Shown here piece after piece: positions 47,950 through 60,564 of a stretch of 64,000 nucleotides of DNA. This stretch comes from Mobula hypostoma (lineage: Eukaryota). Both the position numbers and the translations under genes were made by a program. The stretch spans positions 11,346,001-11,410,000 of the forward strand of contig NC_086108.1 in NCBI RefSeq assembly GCF_963921235.1, written 5' to 3'. The notes under the pieces are model-generated. The model saw only the letters and a program-made list of their open reading frames with translations, made no database searches and was not told the DNA's origin. Position 1 is the stretch's first letter. Each line of letters starts with the position of its first letter.

Positions 47950-50480
47950 TGTTGTTGTGTGTGTGGTTGTGCAAAATTACATATCAATGAAATAAGAGCA
48001 CACAGATGGGAGATAGCTCTAACTGGTGTTTTCACACTGGAGTGAGAGAGAGAGAACAATGCACAGGCACAGACAACAGATCAATACATAACACTAAGAG
48101 GTGGGGGGTGTCATTGCTCTAAAATAAACAGATCCATACATTACCCGTCTTCCCCCTTTAGAGTAATGCAATACAAAGCTGTATATGTACAAAACACTCA
48201 ATTTCCCTCTCATAAACCCATTTTCCAACTAAAAATACTTTCACAATAGCAGTCCACAACTAACTTCACAGTTCTAAACGTTCAATCTTTTGGGTGGCAC
48301 CCTGTTTCTTTCAGGATAGCGCCTCACGACCTGTGGAGTGGCATTGGGTTTGGTGGGTGTCTTGTTTAAGACAATGTTCTCAGTTTCTGGTGTTGCATTA
48401 CTGTCAGTGACATCATCACTAAGAGGCAAATCCAGTGACTGTAATGTATCTGTCTTGTTAGATGTGTTTGACTCAGATGTCTTCTTGAGTTGAGCATCCA
48501 GTATCTGATCTACATGACGTCTCCGTGTATGATCACCAACATCCATTGTGTACATCAGTGGTCCAGTTCTTGTAGCTACCCTACCGGGTGTCCACTTGTC
48601 TTCTCGGTAATCATGCACTAGGACTTCCTGTCCAATCTTATAGCTCCTTGCTGCTTCACTTGACAACTGGCTGAACTGTTCATTCTGTACTTCCCTCTGT
48701 AGGTCTGGTTTCAGGAGGTCTGTACAAGGTCTCAGATTTCCGCTCATGAACAGCATTGCAGGTGTTTGCTTTGTTCTCACTTGAACAGAGATCCAATACA
48801 CAAAAATCAAGCTGTCCACCTTGTGCTGTAGAGGAAAGTCCTCCTTGTTCATCACTTTAATGGTCTTCTTGAAGGTTTGGATAAACCTTTCAGCTAACCC
48901 ATTCATTGCTGGGTGGTGAGGAGCTGACTTGAAATGTCTGATGCCATGAGCTTCGGAGTTCTTCTGACGTGTATCGTGGTCCATTCTGGTAAGCCATTCC
49001 TGGCGAAGACAGTCCTCAGAGCAGAGACAGTCTTTGCTGATGTGTTTGACTTCCTTAGTATAACCTCTGGACTTTTCAAATGAGCATCCACAACAATCAG
49101 AAACATGGAGTCCTTGAATGGCCAAGGAATGTCGATATGTACACTTTACCAAGGTTATTACGGCCACTCCAATGGGTGTAACGGTACCTATGGAAGTGCA
49201 TTTTCAACTTCTTGGTATCCCGAACAAATTTTGGCCAAGTCTTCAATCTGATTATCTATTCAATATTTGGGAGAAGCCGGTGGTAGTAGTTTTCAAAGCC
49301 CAAATATGACCCGAGTTGTGACTTATTTTCTGATTTGGGTGCCTGTAGCACTGCTTCAGTCTTCTCTTGTGACTTATGTAAGCCATGCTTGTCAATGACA
49401 TGGCCACAACATGAGATTTCATTCTTGAAAAACTCATATTTCTCTCTCTTTGTGCACAGACCATACTCACTCAGCCTGTTAAGCACTTTATCAAGGTTCT
49501 GGAGTTGCTCTTCATCATTTTTGCCAATCACAATGATGTCATCAAGGTAACATTGTGTGCCTGGGATATCTTGGAGCACTTGGCCCATTGCTCTTTGCCA
49601 AATTGCTGGAGCTGATCCGATGCCAAAGATGAGATAATTATACTGGAACAGTCCCTTGTGAGTGATGATTGTGAGAAGCGTCCTGATTGACTTCTCAATC
49701 TCCATTTGCAGATAGGCTTGTGACAAGTGTTCAATCTTTGTAACCCTCTCACCGCCTGCTAGAAATGCAAAAGTGTCCTGTATTCGTGACAGGAGATACT
49801 GTACAGTAAGCAGCACCGGACAGATGCTCACCTTGAAATCCCCACATATGTGAACTTCCCTTTCTTGATCACCAGCACAATAGGCATGGCCCATCGCTCC
49901 ACTCAGCCTTGCAGAGAATTCCAGACACCTGCAAGCTCTGCAGTTTAGCATCCACTTTAGGGCGTACTGCATAAGGCACTGGATAGAGGCACTTCATGGA
50001 ATCCTAGTGTTTCTGTTTCATCCAGTTCAATTCTGGCCTTCATGCCTTTGAGTTTACCAATCCCCTTCTCATTAGCATTAAGCAGTTGTTCCAGTTTCTG
50101 TTTAGTGCTACCATTTGGGCTGCCGTTGCCTGTTGATGTCACATTGAGAGTTTTGACTGAGTGCCAGTGGAGTTGGATTTTTCCCAAACCATTCACATCC
50201 GAAAAGTGCTGGCCCTCCTCTTTTCAATACGTAAAGCTCTAATTGCTGTGTTTGGCCTCCATATGCCACCTTCACTTTCAGTTTACCTTTGGGGGACACT
50301 TTTCACTTGTGTACGTCTTTAACATCACTGAAATCTTCTTTAATGGCACCTTAATCTGTTGTAGTCAGCCTCTGGAATTAAAGACAAAGCTGACCCTGAG
50401 TCCAGCTCCACTTTAAGTTCTACACCAGACATATCCATTTTGATTCAGATAATCTTGTGATCCGCTTCAGTAATACTATG
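47950..50480 (-). mobile_element. Degenerate Gypsy element (canonical PR-RT-INT order), 5' part missing, short 3' LTR ~48145->47950
   Basis: LKVELDSGSA protease, ICGDFK, APAIWQR, CYLDDIIV, FLIVVDAH, PHHPAMNGLAERF, RRHVDQ, RRYPERNRVPPKRL; PPT TAAAGGGGGAAG. Most of RNase H appears deleted. Confidence 0.88.
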
Positions 50481-50591
50481 CTGTAAACACATAAGAATCG
50501 CTCGTCCCCTGCATCCACCTCATTGATTTCAATCTTCCACGGCGCTTTAATCAGCGAGATTAGCGAGAGATGGAGTCAAACGTGGGCTCAC

Positions 50592-50733
50592 GCTTCCCAG
50601 CCTCCATGATGGACGCTTCGTTTGAAGCCTCGTGGAACATTCTTGGAAAGAGCAAAGCGCCAGATTGCCCAATCAGCCAGAAATCGCACCATCAGATTGT
50701 AGATATCAGGCTCCATCAGTAGCAGAACCACAT
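50592..50733 (-). other. Candidate host exon (142 bp), product unknown
   Basis: Non-repetitive, CpG-retaining sequence. Acceptor TTTCTTTTACATCTTCTTTTTATTCCAG|, donor AGC|GTGAGC. One open frame: (D)VVLLLMEPDIYNLMVRFLADWAIWRFALSKNVPRGFKRSVHHGGWEA. No homolog recognised. Confidence 0.3.
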
Positions 50734-51051
50734 CTGGAATAAAAAGAAGATGTAAAAGAAATGAAAGGATATGCTTCCTGAACCATGTTGAGGATGTCGC
50801 CTTTGAGGCGTTATTCGCAGGTGCCATCTTCAGGAGAGAGAGGCGGGTTGATGCTGAGGAATGATAATTACTGTGCGGGACAGAAAACTAAGGGAAGAAT
50901 TGGAAAAGAATTTGTTGTGAGAAAGAAGTTGTTTTATTATAATGATGAACTACAAGCTGAACTAATTATCTATAAACATTACCAAGGGCTTGATTAATTT
51001 ATTTCAAGATTCAAGATTCAAGTTTGTTTATTGTCATTCTTCAGCACAAGT

Positions 51052-51330
51052 GGGCAGCACAGTAGCATGGTGGTTAGCACAGCACTTTACAGTACCAGTA
51101 ACCCAGTTCAAATCCCACCACTAACTCCAAGGAGTTTGTATGTTCTCCCCATGACCACATGGGTTTCCTCTGGGTGCCCCGGTTTCCTCCCACAAACCAC
51201 TGATGTGCCGGTTGGTAGGTTAACTGGTCATTGTCAATTGTTCCATGATTAGGCTACGGTTAAATCAGGGGTTGCTGGGCAGAGCAGCTCAAGGGGCTGG
51301 AAGGGCATGTCCCACACTGTAACAATAAAA
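51052..51330 (+). mobile_element. V-SINE-like tRNA-derived SINE
   Basis: TGGTGGTTAG A-box, GTTCAAATCC B-box, GGGTTTCCTCTGGGTGCCCCGGTTTCCTCCCACA core. Confidence 0.8.
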
Positions 51331-51369
51331 TATTTTTTAAAAAATTAAATTTTATTGCTTCAAATCTAA

Positions 51370-51565
51370 GGCAGCATTAAAGTCAGAGGTGGATGCTGGT
51401 TCGATTTCAATATTTAAGAGAAATTTGGAGAAGTACATGAATGTGAGGGACATAGAGAGCTATGGCCCAGGAGCAGGTCGATGGGAGTAGGCAGAATATA
51501 GGGTCATCATGGACTAGATGGGACGAATGGTCTGTTTCTACGCTGCATGATCGATGACTGTAAAA
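51370..51565 (+). mobile_element. CR1-type 3'-end fragment
   Basis: ATTTAAGAG...GTACATG...GGACTAGATGGG...TGTTTC. Confidence 0.6.
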
Positions 51566-51898
51566 AAAAAACAGATTTGCTGAACTGTGAGGCAGAAGCA
51601 GGGAGGGTGTAGTTCTCAGTATGAGCATAGGCATTGACAGGAGGGAGGAGAGGTGTCAACTCCCCCAGGATCCAGGGGAAGATTCTGAACAACCCAGGAG
51701 GATAAAGTTTATACATGCTGGTGTTTATTATATTGTGTTCACTATGTCAGAATAAATCAAAGCATTTTGCACAAAATATATTCTGAGACGTTGTGATTTA
51801 CTTAGACAAACATAATAAGCTCTTAACTGCTGAAATGTAATGAAATTACAAACAGTTCATTTACTTTCTTTTGGATGGATGCTTTCAGTCGAAGAAGT

Positions 51899-52143
51899 GG
51901 GTGGCACTGTGGCTTAGCGGTTAGCACAACACGGTACAGTACAAGCGACCCAAGTTCAATTCCTGCCACGCCCTGTAAGGAGTTTGTGTGTTCTCCCTGT
52001 TGACTGTGTGGGTTTCCAAAGACGTAACGGTTGGAAGGTAAATTGTCCTGTGATGAGGCTAGGATTAAATCAGGGGCTGCAGGGCGATTTGGCACGAAGG
52101 GCCAGAAAGGCCCATTCCCAGCTGTATATCAGTAAGTAAACAA
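51899..52143 (+). mobile_element. V-SINE-like tRNA-derived SINE
   Basis: TAGCGGTTAG A-box, GTTCAATTCC B-box; body matches 51052. Confidence 0.75.
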
Positions 52144-53084
52144 AATCTGCCTTACCCCAGGAGCTTGGCTAGAAAACGCCAAGAGATATTTAACTTCCTC
52201 CAGGATTTACGTATCACTGGAACCTCACCCACAACCTCGACGGACCCCTCGCTAAATTCCAGCATATTCTTGGCCACCTCAGCACAGCCCGAGTTTGGTG
52301 TCCGAAAACTCAGGCGGAGCTTGGACCAAATTGTGTTTAATAATGAAAATTCAGAACCTTATTGCTGTCCCAGTGCCTTAAGTCAAGTTCTGCCAGGGCC
52401 TGACCAAAGCCTGGCATGGATCCTTGCACAAACAAGAGAAAATCTGCAGATTTCTCTGAAGCTCTCTGAACTGAAGTTCTTCCAGCAATTTTGTAACAAT
52501 TTTGTTTACCAGTCAAGGTTGTTAGCCCTGAGCTGAACCCCCAAACCTGGAGGACTGTTAAACCACTCTTAGTCTGTCCTCTACCCTTTGACCTTCTTGG
52601 CATGTGTGACCCTTCCAGGAGTCAAAGCATAAAGCCCTGACTCCAGCCAGCACAGCTCTCCGTGTCATTGAAGCATGTAAACCTCCGAACCCAATGAAAG
52701 GCTGTGATCGTCGTGGAGGAAGAAGGTCCCAAGTTTCAGTGAAGTACCCACCTTCTGGCGGGTGTGTGGAATGCACTGCCAGTGAAGGTGGAGGATGTGG
52801 ATATAATAGGGTTTTTTAAGAGGCTCTTAGATAGGTACATGGAGCTTAGAAGAATAGAGGGCTATGCGGTAGGGAAATTCGAGGCAGCTTCTAGAGTAGG
52901 TTACATGGTCGGCACAACGGTGTCAGAAAAAGGCCGGCAATATCATGAACGATCCCACCCACTCTGCTCACGGTCTGTTTGTCCCACTCCCATCAGGGAG
53001 GAGGCTACATAGCATCCATGCCAGGACCACTAAATTTTATATTTGTATTAAATGTGATTTTTTTGTTCTTTTTTAAATTGTGCC

Positions 53085-53975
53085 CAAAGTTCAAAGTTCA
53101 AAGTACATTTATTATCAAAGTATGAATACATTCTACAGACTGGAGAGTTGTTTCCTTATGGGTAGGTACAAAACAAAGAAACCCAATAGAACCCATTAAA
53201 AAAAGACCGTCAAATATCCAATATGCGGGGGGGAGGGGAATGAATCGTACAAGCAATAAACGTAAGCAATTAGTGTGCAGACCTGAAGTTCACGAAAATG
53301 AGTCCACAGACATGACCCAGTAGCTCATCAATTGCAGACCACAGCCTCAGTTCAGCACAGAATCTCGTAAACCTCACAAAGTGGTGATCTGAACCAGCCT
53401 GTCCATCACCTCCGGCCCCGACACACTGCACTTTTCAATCTGGCCCGGAGCTTAAACTGTTGAAAACTTGGGTCATACCTTGCTCTCGGATCCAGGCCTG
53501 CCGCTTTGATAAGCTCCTGGGCCTGGGCCTCGCTGCCCATAGCCGACCTTTCCAATTTGGCCTGGCGTTTAAACTGATCAAACCTTGAATCTTTCCTCAC
53601 TCTCGGACCCGGGCTCCAGCTCAACTCTGCCTCGCCTCTGCTAGCCTCACCTCATTTCTGCCGCATTGAATCGCCTCCAAGCCCGCTCCAGCAATGGCCA
53701 AACATTGGTTCATTCCCCGCTCTTGGGCACAGGCCCTGTCGCCTGGATTCGGCCTGTACACGCCACGCTGCAGCCATCCTACACCTTTGAGGCTTCAGTT
53801 CACACCACAAAAATGCCAGGATGTACAGGTGATTCAAAAGCTCAGCTCCGATAGGGAAGTGCAGGTTATTGATTGCAGTGACTGTTTACCAGAACAAGTG
53901 TCAGTGATAAAGTATTATTATTTGTTTTGCTTCCCACCGTCAAGTAGTTGCTGTGCTTCACCAGCGTAATCTTAA
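53085..53975 (-). mobile_element. Family X non-autonomous retroposon, apparently full length
   Basis: (AAAGTTC)2 AAAGTACATTTATTATCAAAGTATG tail; colinear with 41621-42410. Confidence 0.7.
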
Positions 53976-54199
53976 ACTTATTTATCCAAATCTCTTTTGA
54001 CAGCTGAATTCCCCTCCATCCTCCCTTCAGACGAAGGTACTCCAAATGTACTCCAGCTCATGCCCTGTGCCAATAATTTTAAATCGTTCTCCACTTGTCA
54101 CTGGCCATTCTGCAAGTCATAGAGAAGTAAAGCCCAGAAACAGGCCTATAGATGCTGCCTGGCCTGCTGCATTCCACCAGCATTTTGTGTGTGTTCCTT

Positions 54200-54710
54200 C
54201 CATCCATCTAGGTTGTGCCAAACCATTTAAACTGTCTACTCCCATCGACCTGCACCAGGACCAAAGCCTCCCATACCCCTACCATCCATTTACCTATCCA
54301 GACTTCTCTTAAACGTTGAAATCTAGCTCACATCCATCATTTGCGCTGGCAGTTCATTCCACATTCTGAGTGAAGAAGTTTCCCCTTAAACTTTTCACCT
54401 TTCACCTGTAACCCATGACTTCTAGTTGTAGTCTCACCCAACTTCAGTGGAAAATGCCAGCTTGAGTTTATCCTATCTATACCTCTCAAAATTTTGTATA
54501 CATCTATTAAATCTCCCCTCAATTTTCTGTATTCCAAGGAATAAAGTCCTAACCTGTTTAATCTTACCATGTAACTCAGGTTTGCCAGTCCTGGCAACAT
54601 CCCTGTAAATTTTCTCTGCACTCTTTCAACTTCATTTACATCTTTCCAGTAGTCACACAGTGCTCCAAATTAGGCATCGCCAGTCTCCTGTGCTCAATAC
54701 TTTGATTTAT
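54200..54710 (-). mobile_element. CR1 3' fragment
   Basis: Minus ORF QRKFTGMLPGL...LGLYSLE...RGDLI. Confidence 0.85.
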
Positions 54711-54984
54711 AAAGTAGAAATGCTGGTAGAAATAGTTTCAATTTATCATCTTAATTGACATCATAATCAAATCCTTCATCTTCTCTTCTGAGGAGAAAAG
54801 CTCCAGTTTCCCTATCTGCCCATGCACTCCTCATCTCTGGGCTGTCCCAGTAAAATCCCTGAACCTCCTAAGGCAGGAGTTCTCGACCTGAGGTACAAGG
54901 ACTCCTTGTTAAATGGTATTGGCCCATGGCATAAAAAAGTGTTGGGAATCCCTGGCCTGGGCCAGGACATCGTTGAGTATGGAA

Positions 54985-55362
54985 ATATTGAATAGGCTAG
55001 GACTTTATCCCCAGGAACATAGGAGATCGATAGAGGGTTATAGATGGGGGTAAATGCAAGCAGGCTTTTTCCACTGAGGTTGGGTGAGACGCAAACTAGA
55101 GTTCATGGGTTACGGGTGAAAGTTGAAATGTTTAACGGCAACATGAGGGGAAGTTTCTTCTCTAAGAGAGTGGCAAGAGTGTGGAATGAGCTGCCAGCAG
55201 ATGTGAGAGATGCCGCTTCAATGTCAACGTCTATGAGCAGTTTGGACAGGTACACGGATGGTTGTGGTTTGGAAGGCTATCGATGAAAGTGGGCAGATTT
55301 GTAATTTGGTACAAACTAGATGGGGTGAAAAGCCTGTTCCTGTGCTGGAGTGTAGTTCTATC
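54985..55362 (+). mobile_element. CR1 3' fragment
   Basis: ASRLFPLRLGE...RVWNELP. Confidence 0.8.
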
Positions 55363-55619
55363 ATTCCTCTAATCCAGTAAAGAAGGCCCAGTGGGTGGGT
55401 TGCAAGAACGACAACACCAACAGGAGCAGGAGTGGGCATTCCATGTGTCATTCCTGCATTGTCGTTAAAGCCTAGTATCCCTTCACACCATTAGAAATGA
55501 GAATATTCCTGCCTTCTTCTTGGATACAATATATTTAGTGACTTGACCTATTGTCTGTGGTAGAAAATTTGAGTGGCTGATGGCTTAGCAGTCAGCATAA
55601 TGTGATCACACCACCTGTG

Positions 55620-57875
55620 ACCCTTGGCACCAGTGATCACAGTGTGATTGAGTTCAACTTAAAATGTGATAGGGAGAGAGTAAAGTCTGATGTAGCAGTA
55701 TTTCAGTGGAGTAAAGAAAATGACAGAGGTATGAGAGAGGAGTTGGCCAAAGTAATTTGGAAGGAGCTGCGGGCAGGGATGTCAGCACATCAGCAATGGT
55801 GTGCATTTCTGGGAAAAATGAGGAAGGTGCAGGACATGTGTACTCCAAAAATGAAAAAATACTCAAATGGTAAAATATTACAACCGTGGCTGACAAGGGA
55901 AATCAAAGCTATTGTAAAAGCAAAAGAAAGGGCATACAACAAAGCAAAAATTAGTGAAGATAGAGGATTGGGAAGTTTTAAGAAACCTACAGAGAGCAAC
56001 TAAAAAATCATTAGAAGGGAAAAGATGAAACATGAAAGCAAGCTAGCAATTAACATCAAAGTGAATAGTATACGTTTTTTCAAGTATGTTAAAAATAAAG
56101 AGAAATAAGACTGGATATAGGACCACTAGAAAATGAGGCAGGAGAAATAATTATCGGGGGACAAGGAGATGGCTGATGAACTAAATGAGAAGTTTGCATC
56201 AGTTTTCACTGTGGAAGACACTAGCAGTTTGCCTGATGTTGTAGTGTGCAAAGGAAGAGAAGTGAGTACAGTTACTGCTATAAGAGAGAAGATGCTCAAA
56301 AAGCTGAAAGACCTAAAGGTACATAAGTCACCTGGACCAGATGAACTGCACCCTAGGATTCTGAAAGAGGTAGCATTAGACATAGTGGTGGCATTGGATA
56401 TGATCTTTCAAAAATCATTGGAGACTGGCATGGTCCCAGAGGACTGGAAAATTGTAAATGTCAATGCATTCTAAGAAAGGAGGAAGGCAGCAGAAAGGAA
56501 ATTATGGACCAATTAGCCTGACTTCAATGGTTGGGAAGATGTTAGAGTCAACTGTTAAGGATGAGGTGATGGAGTACTTGGTGACACAGGACCAGATAGT
56601 ACAAAGTCAGCTTGGTTTCCTTCAGGGAAAATCCTGCCTGTCAAACCTATTGAAATTCTTTGAGGAGTTTACAAATAGAATAGATAAAGGGGATGCAGTG
56701 GATGTTGTATATTTGGACTTTCAGAAGGCCTTTAACAAGGTACCACATATGAGGCTGCTTACCAAGTTAAGAGCCCATGGTATTACAGGAAAGATATAAA
56801 CATGGTTAGAGCATTGCCTGATTGCTAGGAGTCAGCAAGTGGGAATAAAAGGATCCTTTTCTGATTGGCTGCCAGTGACTAGTGGTGTTCCAGAGGGGTC
56901 AGTGTTGGAACCACTTCTTTTTATGCTGTATATCAATGATTTAGATGATGGAATAGATGGCTTTGTTGCCAAGTTTGCAGATGATATGAAGATTGGTGGA
57001 GGGACAGGTAGTGTTGAGGAAACAGGTAGGATGCAGAAGGACTTAGACAGATTAGGAGAATGGGCAAGAAAGTGGCAAATGAAATACAATGTTGGAAAAT
57101 GCATAGTCATGCACTTTAGTAGTAGAAATAAATTTGATGACTATTTTCTAAGTGGGAAGAAAATCCAAATATCTGAGATGCAGAAGGACTTGGGAATCCT
57201 TGTGCGGAACACCCTGAAGGTTAACTTGCAGGTTAAGTTGCTGGTGAGGAAGGTAAATGCCATGTTAGCATTCATTTCAAGAGGTCTAGAATACAAGAGC
57301 AAGGATGTGAGGCTGAGGATTTATAAGGCACTGGTGAGGCCTCATCTTGAGTATTGTGAACAGTTTTGGGCCCCTCATCTTAGAAAAGATGTGCTGGCAT
57401 TGGAGAGGGTCCAGAGGAGGTTCACAAGGATGATTCCAGGAATGAAAGGGTTATCATACGAGAAATGTTTGATGGCTCTGGGTCTGTACTCACTGGAATT
57501 CAGAAGGAAGAGGGGGAATCTCATTGAAACCTTTCAAATGTTGAAAGGCCTAGACAGAGCAGATGTAGAAAGGATGTTTTCCATGATCAGAGAATCTAGG
57601 ACAAGAGTCACAGCCTCAGGATAGAGGGGTGCCCTTTCAAAACAGAGGTGTGGAAAAATTCCTTTAGCCAAAGGATGGTGAATTTGCAGTATTTGTTGCC
57701 ATATGCAGCTCTGGAGGCCAGGTCATATTTAAGGAAGATGTTGATAGATTCTTGATTGGACATGGCATCAAAGATTACGGGGAGAAAGCTGGGACTGGGG
57801 TTGAGGAGAAAAAAGAGATCAGCCATGACTGAATGGCAGAGCAGACTCGATGGGCCAGATGGTCTAATTCTGCTC
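55620..57875 (+). mobile_element. CR1 ORF2 (end of endonuclease through RT) and 3' UTR
   Basis: LGTSDH, SPGPDELHPR, YLDFQKAF, SGVPEGSVL, KFADD, RPHLEYC. Confidence 0.93.
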
Positions 57876-58215
57876 CTGAACCCAAAGGGGTCAAATATCC
57901 CAGCAGGCAGGTTTAATAGAACTGTTAGGGAGGGTTTAAACTAATTTGGTAGGGGGATGGAAACCGGAGTGATAGGGCTGAGGAAGGTGAAAACAAAAAT
58001 AAATCAAGCGTGCAACGGAGATGATAGATAGGACAGGTAGAAGATGAGGCATAATCACAGCCAGTGGGATAAGTTACAGGGCAATAGAGGTGTGGTGCAG
58101 TTAAAACAGAAAGCAGCAAATACTGGACTAAAAGTGTTATACTTGAATGCACGCCGCTTAAGAATTAAAATGGACGATCTTGAACTTCAGCTACAAATTG
58201 GCAACTATGTCATTG
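57874..58215 (+). mobile_element. CR1 ORF1-end/spacer/ORF2-start segment fused directly after a CR1 3' end
   Basis: Aligns with 11289-11560; encodes LNPKGSNI and LKVLYLNARR. Confidence 0.85.
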
Positions 58216-58594
58216 TCTTCTCCTAGTGTGCAATGTAGGCCCAATCAACCCGATCTCCCCATGTACTTTCCTCCGTGCTGAACCCCGGCGTTCAGTCTAT
58301 GCTCTGGTTTACGAGTTCAACGCACTTGTGCGTTTTTAACTGGTTCTACCCACTTTCAGGCTTCTCATTTCCTGTTCTTCTGAGAATTCTACCATGCGGT
58401 TCATGTGCTTCCCTCACCATAACACCATAAGGCAAGGGAGCAGAATTGGGCCATTCAGTCTACCAAGTCTGCTCCGGCATTCCACTGTGGCTGATTTATT
58501 ACCCTTCTCAATTCCATTCTTGTGCCTTCTCTCCATAACCTTTGATGCCCTGACTAATTAAAAACCTATCAACCTTCGCTTTAAATTACATCCC

Positions 58595-58880
58595 TTTGGT
58601 AGAGACGCATCTCCACTCTGCCACACCAAATACATTAGGGGCGTTTAAGGAAATCTTAGATAGGCACATGGGTGAGGGAGCGATGGGGAGCTAGTTAGGA
58701 GGGAAGGGAGACATCCACAGCTCAGGCAGCATCCAACTCCTGCTCCTGCTTCGCGTGACCCTGATCGGGGGGCTAAGCCGGTGCTGCACCTTGCCCAAGG
58801 GTGACCTGCAGGCTAGCGGAGGGAAGGAGCCCCTTACACCTCCTTTGGCAGAGACATATCTCCACCCCTCCACCCTGTCC
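58595..58880. mobile_element. Mosaic of RTE-like 5' fragment and short CR1 piece
   Basis: CCTTTGG.AGAGAC..ATCTCCAC occurs at both 58592 and 58842. Family assignment tentative. Confidence 0.35.
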
Positions 58881-59389
58881 TTTTCAGTTCCGTAATGAAT
58901 GAGCTCACTGACAGCTGGAACTGCTAATGGTTAAGATGTGATAGACAATATAATCACTCAGATGTTTTAATAATGATCTCGTCTGCATCATTTTTCCATT
59001 TCAATTTATAAAAAAGAATCTCATCATTACCATAGAATGAAACTTGAATTAACATGCATTGAATTGCAATGAATCGGTTGTTGCGACATCTTCAATTAGT
59101 GCCTGTTTATCTCCTGTGTGTTTGGGTCGACTGCACTGCAATTCTTCAGAGGAATCTGGTTCTTAAAGGAATTGCTCAAGCGCTGTGAAGATGTTGAGCT
59201 CAACAAGGTTGTCCTTTTATTGACTGGTCTTGCCCTCCCTGCCTGCCCGCTCTCATTTCATCAGCACTGAACACCTGTTTGTGTTCCGACACTCACTGAG
59301 CAACCTTGTCGGAATGAATGCTGAACTTTCGTTAGCACTTGTCTCAGATCAGGCTCCATCAATCAACCTCCCTTTAACTTTCTCTCAGA

Positions 59390-60260
59390 ACCAGTATCGC
59401 AATGGTTAGCATGACGCTTTACTGTAGAGCTGAACTGGGTTCGATTCCCATTCCTGCCTATAAGGAATTAGAATCAGAGTCAGAGTCAGCTTTAATATCA
59501 CCGGCATAAGTTGTGAAATTTGTTAACTTTACGGCAGCAGTACAATACTTGATAAATACAGAGAAAAAAACTGAATTACAGTAAGTGTATGTATGTATAT
59601 ATAGTTAAATTAAAGAAGTAGTGGAAAAACAGAAATTAAAAAAGTAGTGAGGTGGTGTTCATGGGTTCAATGTCCATTCAGAAATGAGATGACAGTTCCT
59701 GAATCACTGAGTGTGTGTCTTCAGGCTTCTGTACCTCCTACCTGATGGTAGCAATGAGAAGAGGGCATGCCCTGGGTGATGAGGGCCCTTAATGATGGAT
59801 GCCGCCTTTTTGAGGCATCACTCCTTGAAGACGTCCTGGATGCTATGGAGACTCTTACCCATAATGAATCTGATTAAGTTTACAGCTCACTGCAGTTTAC
59901 TTCAATCCTGCACAGTAGCCACCACCCCGCACCACCCCACAGCAGATGGTGATCCAGCCAGTTAGAACGCTCTCCACAGTACTTCTGTAGAAGTTTTGAG
60001 TGTTTCAGGTGACAAACCAAATCTCCTCAAACTCCGAATGAAATATATCTGCTGTCTTTTGTACGTACTCCACGTGACCACGTAGGTTTCCTCCGGGTGC
60101 CCAGGTTTCCTCCCACAGTCCAAAGGCGTACAGGCTGGTAGACATTGTGAATTGTCTCATGATTAGGCTCAGATTAAATGGGGGAATTGCTGGGTGGTGT
60201 GGCTCAAAGGGTCAGAAGGGCCTGTTCTGCACCGTATCTCAATAAACAAGTAAATAAATT
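59390..60260 (+). mobile_element. V-SINE-like SINE split by a minus-strand Rex1-type 3' fragment (~59470-60058)
   Basis: Head GGTTCGATTCC at ~59440; core GGTTTCCTCCGGGTGCCCAGGTTTCCTCCCACAG at ~60085; insert has an (AGAGTC)n tail. Confidence 0.75.
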
Positions 60261-60564
60261 ATGGAGCATTCAGTTTTGAAATCATTTGCTATGGAGATTT
60301 GAAATCTTCAGCGAGGTTGCCTCCAGTTTATTGGTCAGGAATTTGCTCAAGATGTTCCTCTGATTGGTTACTATCAGTGACATCAAAATTAATAGCAGCC
60401 TGTTAGGATGAATGCCCGAGGAATCTGATGAGGTATGAAGATTTCGTCAATGGATGCAACATCTTTTATGGTCCGGTAATGTCTAACTCTGCATAGTTTC
60501 AGGAAGTGTGTGCGGAGAGCTGAGTATCTGTCTATCAATGTATGGTCTGCACCTGCTGATAGAG

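Noticed and set aside
48274..49972. Domesticated Gypsy integrase/RT gene
   Set aside because: Multiple frameshifts, deletions and damaged motifs, with PPT and LTR remnant attached; an ordinary decayed element.
51052..51125. tRNA gene (A and B boxes)
   Set aside because: No cloverleaf, and it continues into a SINE core; it is a tRNA-derived SINE head. The same applies to 51899 and 59390.
52165..52536. 123-aa plus-strand ORF as a gene
   Set aside because: Non-ATG start, no recognisable domain, and the 3' part runs into a repeat.
50705..59360. Shared 14-mer ATCAGGCTCCATCA at ~50705 and ~59347
   Set aside because: No flanking similarity; one match of this length is plausible by chance.
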